Of a stretch of DNA of 64,000 bases, positions 40,677 to 50,816 are shown piece by piece. Both the position numbers and the translations under genes were made by a program. Position 1 is the first letter of the stretch; every line of letters starts with the position of its first letter. The notes under the pieces are model-generated. The model was given only the letters and a program-made list of their open reading frames with translations. It did not search any database and was not told where the DNA came from. The DNA comes from Gammaproteobacteria bacterium (lineage in GTDB: Bacteria; Pseudomonadota; Gammaproteobacteria; Eutrophobiales; Eutrophobiaceae): NCBI GenBank assembly GCA_965222155.1, contig CBDCTH010000012.1:928001-992000 (forward strand), written 5' to 3'.

Positions 40677-41054
40677 ATGAGCGCACTTAAATTTACCGAG
40701 GAACATGAGTGGCTGCGACTGGAAGATGATGGAACAGTTACCATCGGTATTACTGATTATGCCCAGGAGCAGCTTGGCGATATTGTCTATATCGAGTTGC
40801 CCAATGTGGGTGATATCCTGATCACGGGCAGTGAGGCGGCAGTTATAGAGTCCGTCAAGGCCGCGGGGGAGATAAAAGCGGCTGTCGGCGGTGAGGTGCT
40901 CGCTGTTAATACTTTCCTGGAGGATAAACCGGAGTCGGTTAATTTTGACCCCACCGACACCGGCTGGTTTTTCAGACTTGCGCCGGATGACGCGGGCGAA
41001 CTTGACCAGTATATGGACGAAGACACCTACCAGGAGTTTATCAAGGAGCTTTAA
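40677..41054 (+). CDS. gcvH: Glycine cleavage system H protein
   Basis: EHEW, GITDYAQEQLGDIVY, IESVKAA (lipoyl lysine). Confidence 0.95.
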   Translation: MSALKFTEEHEWLRLEDDGTVTIGITDYAQEQLGDIVYIELPNVGDILITGSEAAVIESVKAAGEIKAAVGGEVLAVNTFLEDKPESVNFDPTDTGWFFRLAPDDAGELDQYMDEDTYQEFIKEL

Positions 41055-41109
41055 AACAGCCCCGAAACCCTCTCCCGGCAAACATCCGTAGTTCCTGACT
41101 CTGGTAAAT

Positions 41110-41781
41110 TCAGCCCTGCTTCACTACATTATCTCTCAGGTAAACGGGTAATGCCTGTTCTGCGGTAACGTAGCGTTTGGCGTTGAATTCTCTCACTGCC
41201 AGCGGCAACATATCTTTTGCCAGAGGGTAGCATTCCGGGTCAACCCCGGTAATTTGCTTATCCAGGATTTCCTCAAGACGCGTCCGGTAGGTTGCCCAGC
41301 CGCTGCCGACGCCGAAGATCGGTTTATCGGCGGGAACTTGAACTGCGTCAGGAGGCGTTACCTGTTCTTCGGATACCAGCCTTACCAGGCCGTCTTGCGC
41401 CGAAGTGTAAGTCGCCCAGTATATTTCTCCCATCCTTGCGTCTATTGCCGGCAGAAGGGTGGCGGATTTACTGATTGCGCCTTGCGCCAGCGTTGCCAGT
41501 GTTGACAGCGGGATAACCGGCAAGCCGACGCCCAGGGCCAGGCCTTGTGTCACGCCGGCAGCAATCCTGACACCGGTGAAAGCACCGGGGCCCCGGCCAA
41601 AGGCAATGGCGTCAAGATCATTCAAACCAAGTCCGGCTTGCGCCAGGACCCCGTCCACCATAGGCAGGATCAACTCCGCATGCCGGCGCGGCGCAATTTC
41701 ATGCCGTTCATAAACGCTGTCGTTACTGAGCAACGCAGCCGAACAGGCTTCGGTAGCAGTATCCAATGCCAGAATTTTCAT
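41110..41781 (-). CDS. tsaB: tRNA threonylcarbamoyladenosine biosynthesis protein TsaB
   Basis: MKILALDTATEACS, GPGAFTGVRI, DARMGEIY, PVYLR. Confidence 0.95.
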   Translation of the reverse strand: MKILALDTATEACSAALLSNDSVYERHEIAPRRHAELILPMVDGVLAQAGLGLNDLDAIAFGRGPGAFTGVRIAAGVTQGLALGVGLPVIPLSTLATLAQGAISKSATLLPAIDARMGEIYWATYTSAQDGLVRLVSEEQVTPPDAVQVPADKPIFGVGSGWATYRTRLEEILDKQITGVDPECYPLAKDMLPLAVREFNAKRYVTAEQALPVYLRDNVVKQG

Positions 41782-41804
41782 GTCCGTTTCATTATATTCG
41801 ACAT

Positions 41805-41836
41805 CTCGTCCTCTGTCCCCCGTCCCCCGTCCCCTG
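41805..41836. repeat. Heptamer tandem repeat (approx. CCCGTCC x4-5) between tsaB and the first lol permease gene
   Basis: ctcgtcc tctgtcc cccgtcc cccgtcc cctg. Confidence 0.6.
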
Positions 41837-41848
41837 TATACTGACCTG

Positions 41849-43093
41849 ATGTACAACCCATTCGAAGCATTTATCGGCCTGCGTTACGTCAGGGCCAAGC
41901 GGCGTAACCATTTCATTTCGTTTATATCCCTGATATCGATGCTGGGTATTGCTATTGGGGTATTGGCATTGATTACGGTACTGTCTGTTATGAACGGGTT
42001 CCAGAAAGAGTTGACCGGTCGCATACTGGCGATGGCCTCCCATGCGACCGTGGTTCGGGATAGTGGCGCCATCAACGATTGGCAGGCAGTGGCCATGCGC
42101 CTCAACCAGCAGCCTGAAATAGTCGGGGTAGCGCCTTATTTTCGCGCAGAAGGGATGCTGGTCCATGAACACAGGGTGCACGGGGTGGTATTGCGCGGCA
42201 TCCTGCCCGAGCAGGAAAAAACAGTATCCCTGATAGCGGAAAAGATGCAGTCGGGCGAGTTCTCCGGACTGCAGCCGGGTCAATTCGGCATGATAATCGG
42301 TTCTGAAGCGGCCCGGAGTCTGGGAGTCATACCGGGCGCTACGATTACGCTGGTTGCTCCCCAGGCTGTCAGTGCATCTGCCGGCATCCTGCCCCGGTTA
42401 AAACGGTTTACAATCAGCGGCATATTTACCGCAGGAATGCATGAGTTTGACAGTGGCCTGGCCTTGATCCACCTGGAAGACGCCTTGCTGCTGTTTGACC
42501 AGGCAGGGCCTGCGGGGCTGAGACTGAAGACCAGTGACGTTATGCAGGCCCCCCGCATCAGCAGGGAGGCAATGCAGGCTGTTTCCGGGCATTATGAGAT
42601 CATGGACTGGACCCGCAGGCACGCCACTTTTTTCCGCGCACTGAAGACGGAGAAGCGGGTGATGACGGTTATCCTGGCGTTGATCATTGCGGTAGCCGCA
42701 TTCAACGTCATTGCGACCCTGATGATGGTGGTTACCGATAAACAGGCGGATATCGCCGTATTGCGTACCCTGGGAGCGGGTTCGAACAGCATCATGAAGA
42801 TTTTTATTATTCAGGGTACGGTGATCGGGCTGGTCGGCATCATCCTCGGTGTGCTGGGCGGGGTTTGGCTGGCTGACAATATCAACGCCATCATTACCGC
42901 TGTAGAACAGTTCCTGAACGTCAGGTTCCTGTCCCCGGATGTGTATTATATCAGTGAACTGCCTTCCGACCTGCGCTGGCAAGACGTGACTGTGACGGCG
43001 CTGCTGGCATTCCTGTTTGCCGTAGCCGGCACAATTTATCCGGCCTGGCGGGCGGCGCAGGTGCAACCGGCAACGGCGCTGAGATATGAATAG
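41849..43093 (+). CDS. Lipoprotein-releasing ABC transporter permease (LolC/E/F family), copy 1
   Basis: IGLRY...FISFIS, SVMNGF, VAAFN, DIAVLRTLGA, YPAWRAA...ALRYE. Confidence 0.93.
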   Translation: MYNPFEAFIGLRYVRAKRRNHFISFISLISMLGIAIGVLALITVLSVMNGFQKELTGRILAMASHATVVRDSGAINDWQAVAMRLNQQPEIVGVAPYFRAEGMLVHEHRVHGVVLRGILPEQEKTVSLIAEKMQSGEFSGLQPGQFGMIIGSEAARSLGVIPGATITLVAPQAVSASAGILPRLKRFTISGIFTAGMHEFDSGLALIHLEDALLLFDQAGPAGLRLKTSDVMQAPRISREAMQAVSGHYEIMDWTRRHATFFRALKTEKRVMTVILALIIAVAAFNVIATLMMVVTDKQADIAVLRTLGAGSNSIMKIFIIQGTVIGLVGIILGVLGGVWLADNINAIITAVEQFLNVRFLSPDVYYISELPSDLRWQDVTVTALLAFLFAVAGTIYPAWRAAQVQPATALRYE

Positions 43094-44339
43094 GCTCTTC
43101 AACTCTTATCAGGTCTTTATCGGTCTGCGTTACGTCATGTCCAAGCGCCGCAATCGGTTTATTTCGTTCATCTCACTCATCTCGGTGCTGAGCATTGCCC
43201 TGGGTGTCATCGTATTGACCACGGTCTTATCGGTGATCAATGGCTTTGAGCGAGTACTGACCGAACATCTTATCGGCATGGAAGCCGAAGCAACCGTTAT
43301 CGGCTATGACGACTCGTTGCAGGACTGGAAGGAGGTCGCGCACCGGGCCAGACAGCATCCGGGAATAAGCGGCGTGGCCCCTTACGTGGAGTCTGAGGGT
43401 ATGGTAACGTTGAATGAGCAGGTCAAGGGCGTACTCGTGCGGGGGATATTGCCTGAACTGGAGCCCCAGGTGTCTTTTATCACGGAAAAAATGACCGTCG
43501 GGGAACTGGGTGCGCTGGCGCCTGGAGATTTCGGGGTTATCCTGGGTGCGGACTTGATGGATATTTTGGATGCGAACCCAGGGGACAGGATCACGCTGGT
43601 CTCTCCGTCCGCCATGGTCACGCCCGCCGGCATTATGCCCAGGCTCAAACGGTTTACCGTGGTAGGGGTCTATGATACTGACATGTATGAATTTGACAGT
43701 ACCATCATGTTTACCCACCTGGACGATGCCGCCCGGTTTTTTCGCAGCGGCAGTCCCACCGGCCTGCGCTTGAAAACCAGTGACGTGATGCGGGCGCCCC
43801 AGATAAGCAGGGAAGCATTCCGGGGAGTGCCCGGACGCTACGGCGTTATCGACTGGACACAGCGGCATGTGAATTATTTCCTTTCCATACAAATGACAAA
43901 AAAGATGATGTTCGTCATACTGGTGTTGATCATTGCCGTAGCGACCTTCAATATCATCTCGACCCTGATGATGGCGGTGACGGACAAACAAGCCGATATT
44001 GCGGTGTTGCGCACCCTGGGAGTGGCCCCGAAGGATGTCATGAAGATATTCATCATTCAGGGTGCGGCGCTGGGTGGCGCAGGCATCATTCTGGGCATGA
44101 TCGGCGGTGTCGGCCTGGCCGGTAATATCGATATAATCGTGGCGGGGATAGAGCATTACCTGCAAATTAAATTTTTATCACCCGAGGTGTATTTCATCAG
44201 TGAATTGCCCTCTGACTTACATTGGATGGACGTCTTTGTGACGGCGGGAGCAGCCTTTTTGTTTGCCGTACTGGCGACGTTATACCCGGCCTGGCGGGCG
44301 GCGCAGACCCAACCTGCGGAGGCGCTCCGCTATGAATAA
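43086..44339 (+). CDS. Lipoprotein-releasing ABC transporter permease (LolC/E/F family), copy 2
   Basis: Same motifs; closely similar to copy 1. Confidence 0.93.
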   Translation: MNRLFNSYQVFIGLRYVMSKRRNRFISFISLISVLSIALGVIVLTTVLSVINGFERVLTEHLIGMEAEATVIGYDDSLQDWKEVAHRARQHPGISGVAPYVESEGMVTLNEQVKGVLVRGILPELEPQVSFITEKMTVGELGALAPGDFGVILGADLMDILDANPGDRITLVSPSAMVTPAGIMPRLKRFTVVGVYDTDMYEFDSTIMFTHLDDAARFFRSGSPTGLRLKTSDVMRAPQISREAFRGVPGRYGVIDWTQRHVNYFLSIQMTKKMMFVILVLIIAVATFNIISTLMMAVTDKQADIAVLRTLGVAPKDVMKIFIIQGAALGGAGIILGMIGGVGLAGNIDIIVAGIEHYLQIKFLSPEVYFISELPSDLHWMDVFVTAGAAFLFAVLATLYPAWRAAQTQPAEALRYE

Positions 44340-44422
44340 CGCGGTAGTCCCGGCCTGCTCCCGGTTGATTACACGGGGACGGAATTTAATTCCGTCTCCT
44401 TTTCCCCCTGGTTTCCTGAGGC

Positions 44423-45106
44423 ATGAGTAATCCGGTTGCATTGGCCTGTTCCGGGTTGAGGAAGACCTTCAGTGAAGGGAATCTCCATGTCGAGGTATTA
44501 AAAGGGGTTAACCTGGAGGTAAACGACGGCAGTTGCATAGGGATCGCCGGTTCGTCCGGTTCGGGCAAGAGTACCTTGCTGCACCTGCTGGGTGGACTGG
44601 ATAAACCCAGCGCCGGTGAAGTGACGCTGGACGGCGTCTCCCTGGCGGCGCTGTCTGAAGCGGAGATCAGCCGTTTACGTAATCAGAAACTGGGTTTTGT
44701 CTACCAGTTCCATCACTTGCTGCCGGAATTTACCGCCCTGGAGAACGTCGCGATGCCGTTGCTGGTAAGAGGAGAGACCCCGCAAACAGCCAGGGATGCC
44801 GCAGTTGAAATGCTGGCGCAGGTGGGATTAAAACAGCGCCTGCAACATAAACCCGGAGAATTATCGGGGGGAGAACGGCAGCGGGCAGCCATAGCCCGGG
44901 CGCTGGTGAACCGTCCCCGCTGTGTTCTGGCGGATGAACCCACCGGCAACCTGGATGAACAGACCGCAACCCGGGTTTTTTCGGTTATGCTGGAACTGAA
45001 CAAGGCGCACGGTATCAGCCTGGTCATGGTCACCCACAATACCCGGCTGCTGGATAGCCTGGACCGGGTGTATGAGTTGAGTGAGGGAATATTACATGTG
45101 AGGTAA
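44423..45106 (+). CDS. lolD: Lipoprotein-releasing ABC transporter ATP-binding protein
   Basis: [39 protein letters not shown]. Confidence 0.95.
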   Translation: MSNPVALACSGLRKTFSEGNLHVEVLKGVNLEVNDGSCIGIAGSSGSGKSTLLHLLGGLDKPSAGEVTLDGVSLAALSEAEISRLRNQKLGFVYQFHHLLPEFTALENVAMPLLVRGETPQTARDAAVEMLAQVGLKQRLQHKPGELSGGERQRAAIARALVNRPRCVLADEPTGNLDEQTATRVFSVMLELNKAHGISLVMVTHNTRLLDSLDRVYELSEGILHVR

Positions 45107-45149
45107 CGGGTATCAGGCCAGGGGACCTGTTGTTTATCGGGTAATGTAA

Positions 45150-45327
45150 CAGGTGCTCCCGCTAAATCGAGGTCAATACAGTGATTATTGCCGGATTCGA
45201 AGACAGCGGGGACAGATTTAAATCTGTCCCCCCAGGAGTCACGGGGCCTGTTTCCCTGGGAGGGAGGGCGTCTCGCCCTCCACGAGGGCAGGATGCCCTC
45301 GATCCCGGGAGTTAGCAGGAACTGCTG
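45150..45327. mobile_element. MITE family B, free-standing copy with 9-bp TSD
   Basis: GTAATGTAA at 45141-45149 and 45328-45336; the body matches the array spacers. Confidence 0.88.
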
Positions 45328-45412
45328 GTAATGTAAACTCAGGGTTGGTGAACCCGCCAGGGAGATGATATTCTCAATAGCAGGAAACTGATTACATAAC
45401 AGGGATCGCATC

Positions 45413-47719
45413 GTGTTCTTCAAGGGATTGTTATTTCTCTCAGGCGTTATTATCTGTACCCGCCTGCCTGTATTGCCCCATTTCTGGTTTGCATTTGGGT
45501 TACCGCCGGTTCTCTACCTGAGTTGGAGGTATAGCTGGTGTCGATTTCCGGGCCTGGTCGCCGCCGGTTTTCTCTGGGCGCTGTTGAATGCCCACCTGTT
45601 GTTGGACCATGAATTACTGCCCCGGGACGAAGGCAAGTCGCTGTACGCAGAGGGGATGGTTATCTCACTACCCGAGACGAATACCCAATCCGTCCGCTTC
45701 AATTTCCGTATTGACAGACTCATGCACCGTGGTCAGCCGGTTGAATCAAATCCCGGCAGGGTGAGGTTGAGCTGGTATAAAGGCCATCAACCGTTGCAGC
45801 CCGGTGAGACGTGGCGCCTCAGGATAAGACTGAAACGACCTCACGGATTCATGAATCCGGGCGGCTTTTATTATGAGTCCTGGTTGTTTCAAAATCGATT
45901 GCGGGCGACAGGGTATGTGGTTGATGACAAGGGCAATACCAGGCTGAATGAAGCCGCCGGGTACAACCCCGATTTTGTTCGGTTTGTGATAAGAAATAAA
46001 ATCCGGGAGGCGCTCCCGCCCGATAAGCTGGCGGGGTTTATCCCCGCATTGGCTATCGGCGACAGGAGTGGTCTCAGCGATGCGCAATGGCGGGTATTGA
46101 CGGCAACCGGCACCAATCACCTCATTGCCATTTCCGGCTTGCATATCGGTCTGGTGGCGGGCTTCGCCTACCTGCTGACGCTACCGGCTTGGGGTTGGTT
46201 GCGGATATCCGTTCCTGCCATCAGGCTTGCGGCGGCGGGAGCCATGTTCACTGCCCTGGTCTATGCGTTGCTGGCAGGTTTTTCACTCCCTACGCAACGC
46301 GCGCTGGTTATGGTCTGGGTATATTTCGGCATGAAGTTATACGACCGGACGATCATATCGAGCGACGTGCTTGGAATAGCGCTGTTCGCGGTTCTGATAA
46401 GAGACCCGTTCGCCCCCCTGTCCGCCAGTTTCTGGTTGTCCTTCGGCGCCGTGGCGGTGATACTTTACGGTATCAGTTACCGGGTCAATCCCCGGCGTCC
46501 GCGGTTGCAGGAATGGGGCAGGGTCCAGTACATCGTCAGTATGGGTTTGGCGCCCGCGCTGGCGTTATATTACCAGCAAATCCCGATATTCAGCCTGTTC
46601 GCGAATATGCTGGCGGTGCCATGGGTCAGCTTTATCGTCATCCCTCTTATCCTCGGCGGTTGCATGCTGTTGTTCATCCAGGTGGAATGGCTGCTGGAGC
46701 TTGCCCTGACGTCGCTGCAGGTCCTCTGGTGGACACTGAATTTGTTCATGCAATGGGAATTCCACTTGCTCCCCGTCGCCCGTCCCGGACTGATGACCAT
46801 GATCGTCATCAGCGCCGGCATCCTGATCCTGCTTCTGCCCCGTGGAATTACACCGAGGTGGCTGGGACTGATCTGGCTTATCCCATTGTTTTTTCCCCAC
46901 AAACCGGGGCTGTCATTCGGTGAAGCCGGCATGACCGTGCTGGACGTAGGGCAGGGGCTTGCCGTGGTAGTGAGCACGCAAAAGCATAACCTGCTCTACG
47001 ATACCGGCCCGGCTTATGCTTCCGGCTTTAATACAGGCACAGCAGTGGTATTGCCTTTTTTACGGAGCTCAGGCATCAACGCGCTGGATCTGCTGGTGCA
47101 AAGTCATGGCGACAATGATCATATCGGCGGGTTACAAGGCCTCATTGGTGAAATACCCATATCCCGGGTCATCAGCAGTGTGCCGGGCCGGATACCGCAC
47201 CAACAGGTCCGGGATTGTCGTGACGGTCAATCCTGGTACTGGGATGGTGTCTATTTTCAGGTATTACATCCTGCCGAAGCCATGAATCTGTCTGCGAATG
47301 ATCGCTCCTGTGTAGTACGGATAAGCGCGCGCGACCTGACCCTGTTGTTGCCCGGAGACATTGAGAAAAGCGCGGAGCGGAGTCTGGTGCAGCGCCATGG
47401 CGCCGGGTTGCGCTCCGACGTGGTCGTGGCGCCCCATCACGGTAGCAAAACCTCTTCAACCCGGGAGTTCATCAGGGCCGTTTCACCGGATATCGCCATA
47501 ATTCCGGCAGGTTACAGGAATCGCTTCAATTTACCCAATCAGGATATAATTTCCCGTTACCGGGAACATGGGACCAGACTGTTGAATACGGCTGAGAGCG
47601 GAGCAATTCACGTCAATGCGACTCAGGCAGGAATACAAGTGATGACGCATAGGGAAAAACAACGCCGCTTCTGGCATACTATTGTACTGAAGAGGGCAGG
47701 CGATCGTGACGGATCATAA
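45413..47719 (+). CDS. comEC: DNA internalization competence protein ComEC/Rec2
   Basis: HLIAISGLHIG, LDVGQG, SHGDNDHIGG, PHHGSKTSS. Confidence 0.95.
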   Translation: MFFKGLLFLSGVIICTRLPVLPHFWFAFGLPPVLYLSWRYSWCRFPGLVAAGFLWALLNAHLLLDHELLPRDEGKSLYAEGMVISLPETNTQSVRFNFRIDRLMHRGQPVESNPGRVRLSWYKGHQPLQPGETWRLRIRLKRPHGFMNPGGFYYESWLFQNRLRATGYVVDDKGNTRLNEAAGYNPDFVRFVIRNKIREALPPDKLAGFIPALAIGDRSGLSDAQWRVLTATGTNHLIAISGLHIGLVAGFAYLLTLPAWGWLRISVPAIRLAAAGAMFTALVYALLAGFSLPTQRALVMVWVYFGMKLYDRTIISSDVLGIALFAVLIRDPFAPLSASFWLSFGAVAVILYGISYRVNPRRPRLQEWGRVQYIVSMGLAPALALYYQQIPIFSLFANMLAVPWVSFIVIPLILGGCMLLFIQVEWLLELALTSLQVLWWTLNLFMQWEFHLLPVARPGLMTMIVISAGILILLLPRGITPRWLGLIWLIPLFFPHKPGLSFGEAGMTVLDVGQGLAVVVSTQKHNLLYDTGPAYASGFNTGTAVVLPFLRSSGINALDLLVQSHGDNDHIGGLQGLIGEIPISRVISSVPGRIPHQQVRDCRDGQSWYWDGVYFQVLHPAEAMNLSANDRSCVVRISARDLTLLLPGDIEKSAERSLVQRHGAGLRSDVVVAPHHGSKTSSTREFIRAVSPDIAIIPAGYRNRFNLPNQDIISRYREHGTRLLNTAESGAIHVNATQAGIQVMTHREKQRRFWHTIVLKRAGDRDGS

Positions 47720-47757
47720 TATTGCTACTCCCACAAGCTCCAGCACTTGCCAGAGTA

Positions 47758-47981
47758 AGGTTTTGGAGGCTGTTTTGATATGCACCCTCCCTGGCGCACA
47801 CCCTACGGGCGTCCTTCGGACGTCCAAATCTGCTCCTGGCAGATTTGTGGAGTGACTAGCGTCAGAGCCTGCCCCTGCATGCCGTAAGCAGGGGGACGAG
47901 CGCGGGACGGGCCAGAGCTTGCCCCTGCATGTCGTAAGCAGGGGGATGGCCCTAGGAACGTAACAACAGCCTCCAAAACCT
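47758..47981. mobile_element. MITE-like element with nested hairpin inserts
   Basis: TIR AGGTTTTGGAGGCTGTT / AACAGCCTCCAAAACCT; contains the ~70 bp hairpin element and two CCCCTGC...GCAGGGG units; no clear TSD. Confidence 0.65.
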
Positions 47982-48047
47982 GGTTACAGGAGTCGCTATG
48001 CCGACCCGTTTTTACGTTATGATTAATTGGAGATGCAGGAGGATTGA

Positions 48048-48656
48048 GTGCTTGAATTAATTAAATCCGGTGGTTTTTTGATATGGCCGTTGCTGCTGTG
48101 CTCGATTATTTCATTGGCGATTATTGCCGAACGGTTCTGGTCACTGCAAACAAAACGCATCATTTCCACGAACCTTGTGATCAAGGTGTGGGAATGGAAT
48201 AAAAAAGGTGTCCTGAATGCGCGTCACATTGAGGAACTGAGAAAAGATTCACCACTGGGAAAGGTTCTGGCGGCCGGGCTGGTCAACAGGAAGCACGACC
48301 GGGAAGTCATGAAGGAAAGTATTGAAGAAGTCGGACACCACGTGGCCCATGACCTGGAACGCTTCCTCAATACCCTGGGCACTATAGCGTCAATATCACC
48401 CTTGTTGGGATTATTGGGTACGGTTGTCGGCATGATCAAGGTGTTTGCCGTCATAACGGCACAAGGAGTGGGTGACCCGAGTGTCCTGGCCGAGGGAATT
48501 TCCGAAGCGCTGATTACCACGGCCGTGGGGTTGACCGTAGCGATACCGTCATTGATGTTTTATCGGTATTTCCGCGGGCGGGTGGATGAACTGGTGGTAA
48601 CCATGGAACAGGAAGCACTGAAAATGGTCGAGAACATGCACGGGGAGCGAGAGTGA
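48048..48656 (+). CDS. exbB: MotA/TolQ/ExbB proton channel protein
   Basis: LGTIASISPLLGLLGTV.GMI, GISEALITTA.GL.VAIP. Confidence 0.9.
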   Translation: MLELIKSGGFLIWPLLLCSIISLAIIAERFWSLQTKRIISTNLVIKVWEWNKKGVLNARHIEELRKDSPLGKVLAAGLVNRKHDREVMKESIEEVGHHVAHDLERFLNTLGTIASISPLLGLLGTVVGMIKVFAVITAQGVGDPSVLAEGISEALITTAVGLTVAIPSLMFYRYFRGRVDELVVTMEQEALKMVENMHGERE

Positions 48657-49069
48657 ATTTTCGTTCACAACGTCACAGCGAAACGGACATCAATATCACC
48701 CCGCTTATCGACGTGGTGTTTTTATTGCTGATCTTCTTTATGGTTTCCACTACGTTCGAACGCGAATCGGAGCTAAAGATAACCTTGCCGGAAGCCTCGG
48801 AAGAACAGGTGGAGGCGAAGCCGGACCTCATCCTGGTCAGGATCGACGCCAATGAGCAGATTTATATTGGCGATAAACCCCTGGTAAACACGAAAGTTTC
48901 CACTATCGGCGCGGCACTGAAGGAACAGGCGCGGGCACTGACCGACCTGCCGGTGATTATCCGCGCCGATGCAGAAGTCAGTCATCAGATAGTGATTAAG
49001 GTGATGGATGCCGCGCGACAATCCGGCCTGGTTAATATCACATTTGCGACACGAGTCCTGGAAGAATAA
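48653..49069 (+). CDS. exbD: ExbD/TolR biopolymer transport protein
   Basis: INITPLIDVVFLLLIFFMV, IRAD. Confidence 0.9.
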   Translation: MNFRSQRHSETDINITPLIDVVFLLLIFFMVSTTFERESELKITLPEASEEQVEAKPDLILVRIDANEQIYIGDKPLVNTKVSTIGAALKEQARALTDLPVIIRADAEVSHQIVIKVMDAARQSGLVNITFATRVLEE

Positions 49070-49180
49070 ACCGCATATTTGGGGTCATATTTGGGATCAG
49101 AGTAAAAATACTCAATATCGAACCGGCGCCACTGATCACAGATTGTATTTTTACTCTGACCCCAAACATTACCAAACATT

Positions 49181-50194
49181 ATGGATTGTCAACCAGGCAC
49201 GCTCCGGTTCCGTATAGAAGCCCTCTGGTACGGTCGCCATCCGTTAACCGTGCTGTTGCTACCATTCAGTTGGTTATATCGTCTGGCGCTGACCTGCCGC
49301 AGGTTCATCTATGCAGCCGGTGTGTTACCCGTTCGCAGGCTTGCCGCACCGGTCATCGTCGTGGGAAACCTGACGGTCGGCGGAACCGGTAAAACTCCAC
49401 TTGTCATCTGGCTGGCCCGCTACCTGCAATCCCTGGATTATAAACCGGGCATCATCAGCAGAGGCTATGCCGGTGCGCAGGAAAAACGGCCGCGGCGGGT
49501 CGAACCTGACAGTGATCCGGACTTGGTGGGCGATGAGCCGGTATTACTGGCGCAACGAACCGGGTGCCCGGTTGCCGTAGCGCCTGACCGGGTAAAAGCC
49601 GCGCAGGAACTTCTACGGCAGACGGATTGCAATATCCTGCTGAGTGACGATGGCCTGCAACATACCTCCCTTGGCCGGGATATTGAAATTGCCGTCATCG
49701 ACGGTGTGCGCCGCTTCGGCAATCGCCACTGTCTTCCTGCCGGCCCGTTACGCGAACCGCTGACTCGATTGAATTCGGTGGACCTCATCGTCGCCAACGG
49801 CAACGCGGCAGCAGATGAATTTCTTATGGAATATACCGGCCTGCCGGTAAAATCCCTGGATGGCCGGCAGCACAGGGAGTTGTCCCATTTCAGCCAACAA
49901 ACCGTGCATGCCGTCGCTGCTATCGGCAACCCTGAGCAATTCTTTTCCATGTTACGGCATAATGGCATTAATATTGAGCAGCATGTGTTTCCCGATCACT
50001 ATGGCTTCAAGCAGTCCGATCTTGAATTTGGCGATGCCTGCGCCATACTGATGACCGAAAAAGACGCGGTCAAATGCCGCCGCTATGGGCTTGAGAATGC
50101 CTGGTATGTGCCGATAGATGTGAAACTGCCCGAAACTTTTGGACGTAACCTCAGATTGTTATTAGCCCGGATTTCTCACCAGGGGATGCGATGA
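49181..50194 (+). CDS. lpxK: Tetraacyldisaccharide 4'-kinase
   Basis: VGNLTVGGTGKTP, SRGY, GDEP, DDGLQH, LPAGPLRE, FPDH, TEKDAVKC; the last ~9 codons lie inside a MITE A end. Confidence 0.93.
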   Translation: MDCQPGTLRFRIEALWYGRHPLTVLLLPFSWLYRLALTCRRFIYAAGVLPVRRLAAPVIVVGNLTVGGTGKTPLVIWLARYLQSLDYKPGIISRGYAGAQEKRPRRVEPDSDPDLVGDEPVLLAQRTGCPVAVAPDRVKAAQELLRQTDCNILLSDDGLQHTSLGRDIEIAVIDGVRRFGNRHCLPAGPLREPLTRLNSVDLIVANGNAAADEFLMEYTGLPVKSLDGRQHRELSHFSQQTVHAVAAIGNPEQFFSMLRHNGINIEQHVFPDHYGFKQSDLEFGDACAILMTEKDAVKCRRYGLENAWYVPIDVKLPETFGRNLRLLLARISHQGMR

Positions 50195-50609
50195 TTGCGC
50201 CGGATTTTTGCCTTCAGTGGGTACCTGCGACCGAAAGCATAGTCATTCTTCTGGTTGAGGGAGCATGTGCCCACTGAAGGCAAAAAGACAAGCAAGGGGG
50301 CATCAAGCGCAGTCTGTTATGGCGAAATCAGGGCAAACGCATACTTTTGGATTCTGCCGTAGATGGCAGGAATCCGGTCGTAAAACGCGGCCCGTCGTTC
50401 CGGCGCAAGCCGGAATCCAGTGGGCAAGCTGCTTTTTTCATTATAACGAAGCGTTTTTCGACTGGATTCCGGCATTCGCCGGAATGACGAGGGCTTGGAT
50501 TCGAAAGTATGCGTTTGCCCTGATGGCGAAATAGTGAACATGCTATCATGACTCAGTGAAAGTGAACATATTTCTGATAGCAACTAGCGGCCTGGTGAGG
50601 AATCCGGGC
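50165..50609. mobile_element. MITE family A copy containing a MITE C
   Basis: GCCCGGATTTCTCACCAGG ... CCTGGTGAGGAATCCGGGC; body colinear with 5415-5655. Confidence 0.8.
50329..50522. mobile_element. MITE family C (ISAs1-like CAGGG ends), 10-bp TSD, containing a REP-like inverted pair
   Basis: TIR CAGGGCAAACGCATACTTT; ATGGCGAAAT at 50319-50328 and 50523-50532. Confidence 0.82.
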
Positions 50610-50624
50610 TCGGGGAAGTGAGAC

Positions 50625-50816
50625 ATGGATAAAAATTTATTGGATATCCTGGTGTGCCCGGTGACCAAGGGCCCATTGATTTATGACAAATCAAAACAGG
50701 AGCTGATTTCAGTTGCCGCGCGTCTGGCCTATCCGGTTCGCGACGATATTCCCATTATGTTGGAAAGTGACGCCCGCACCCTGACCCAGGAAGAAGTGGA
50801 ACACTACAGAAAGTGA
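50625..50816 (+). CDS. ycaR: Trm112-like protein (UPF0434)
   Basis: [27 protein letters not shown]; lpxK-ycaR-kdsB context. Confidence 0.92.
   Translation: MDKNLLDILVCPVTKGPLIYDKSKQELISVAARLAYPVRDDIPIMLESDARTLTQEEVEHYRK

Noticed and set aside
49070-49180. Loss of msbA between exbD and lpxK
   Set aside because: exbD-lpxK adjacency without msbA also occurs in other Gammaproteobacteria such as Pseudomonas; no msbA remnant is visible.
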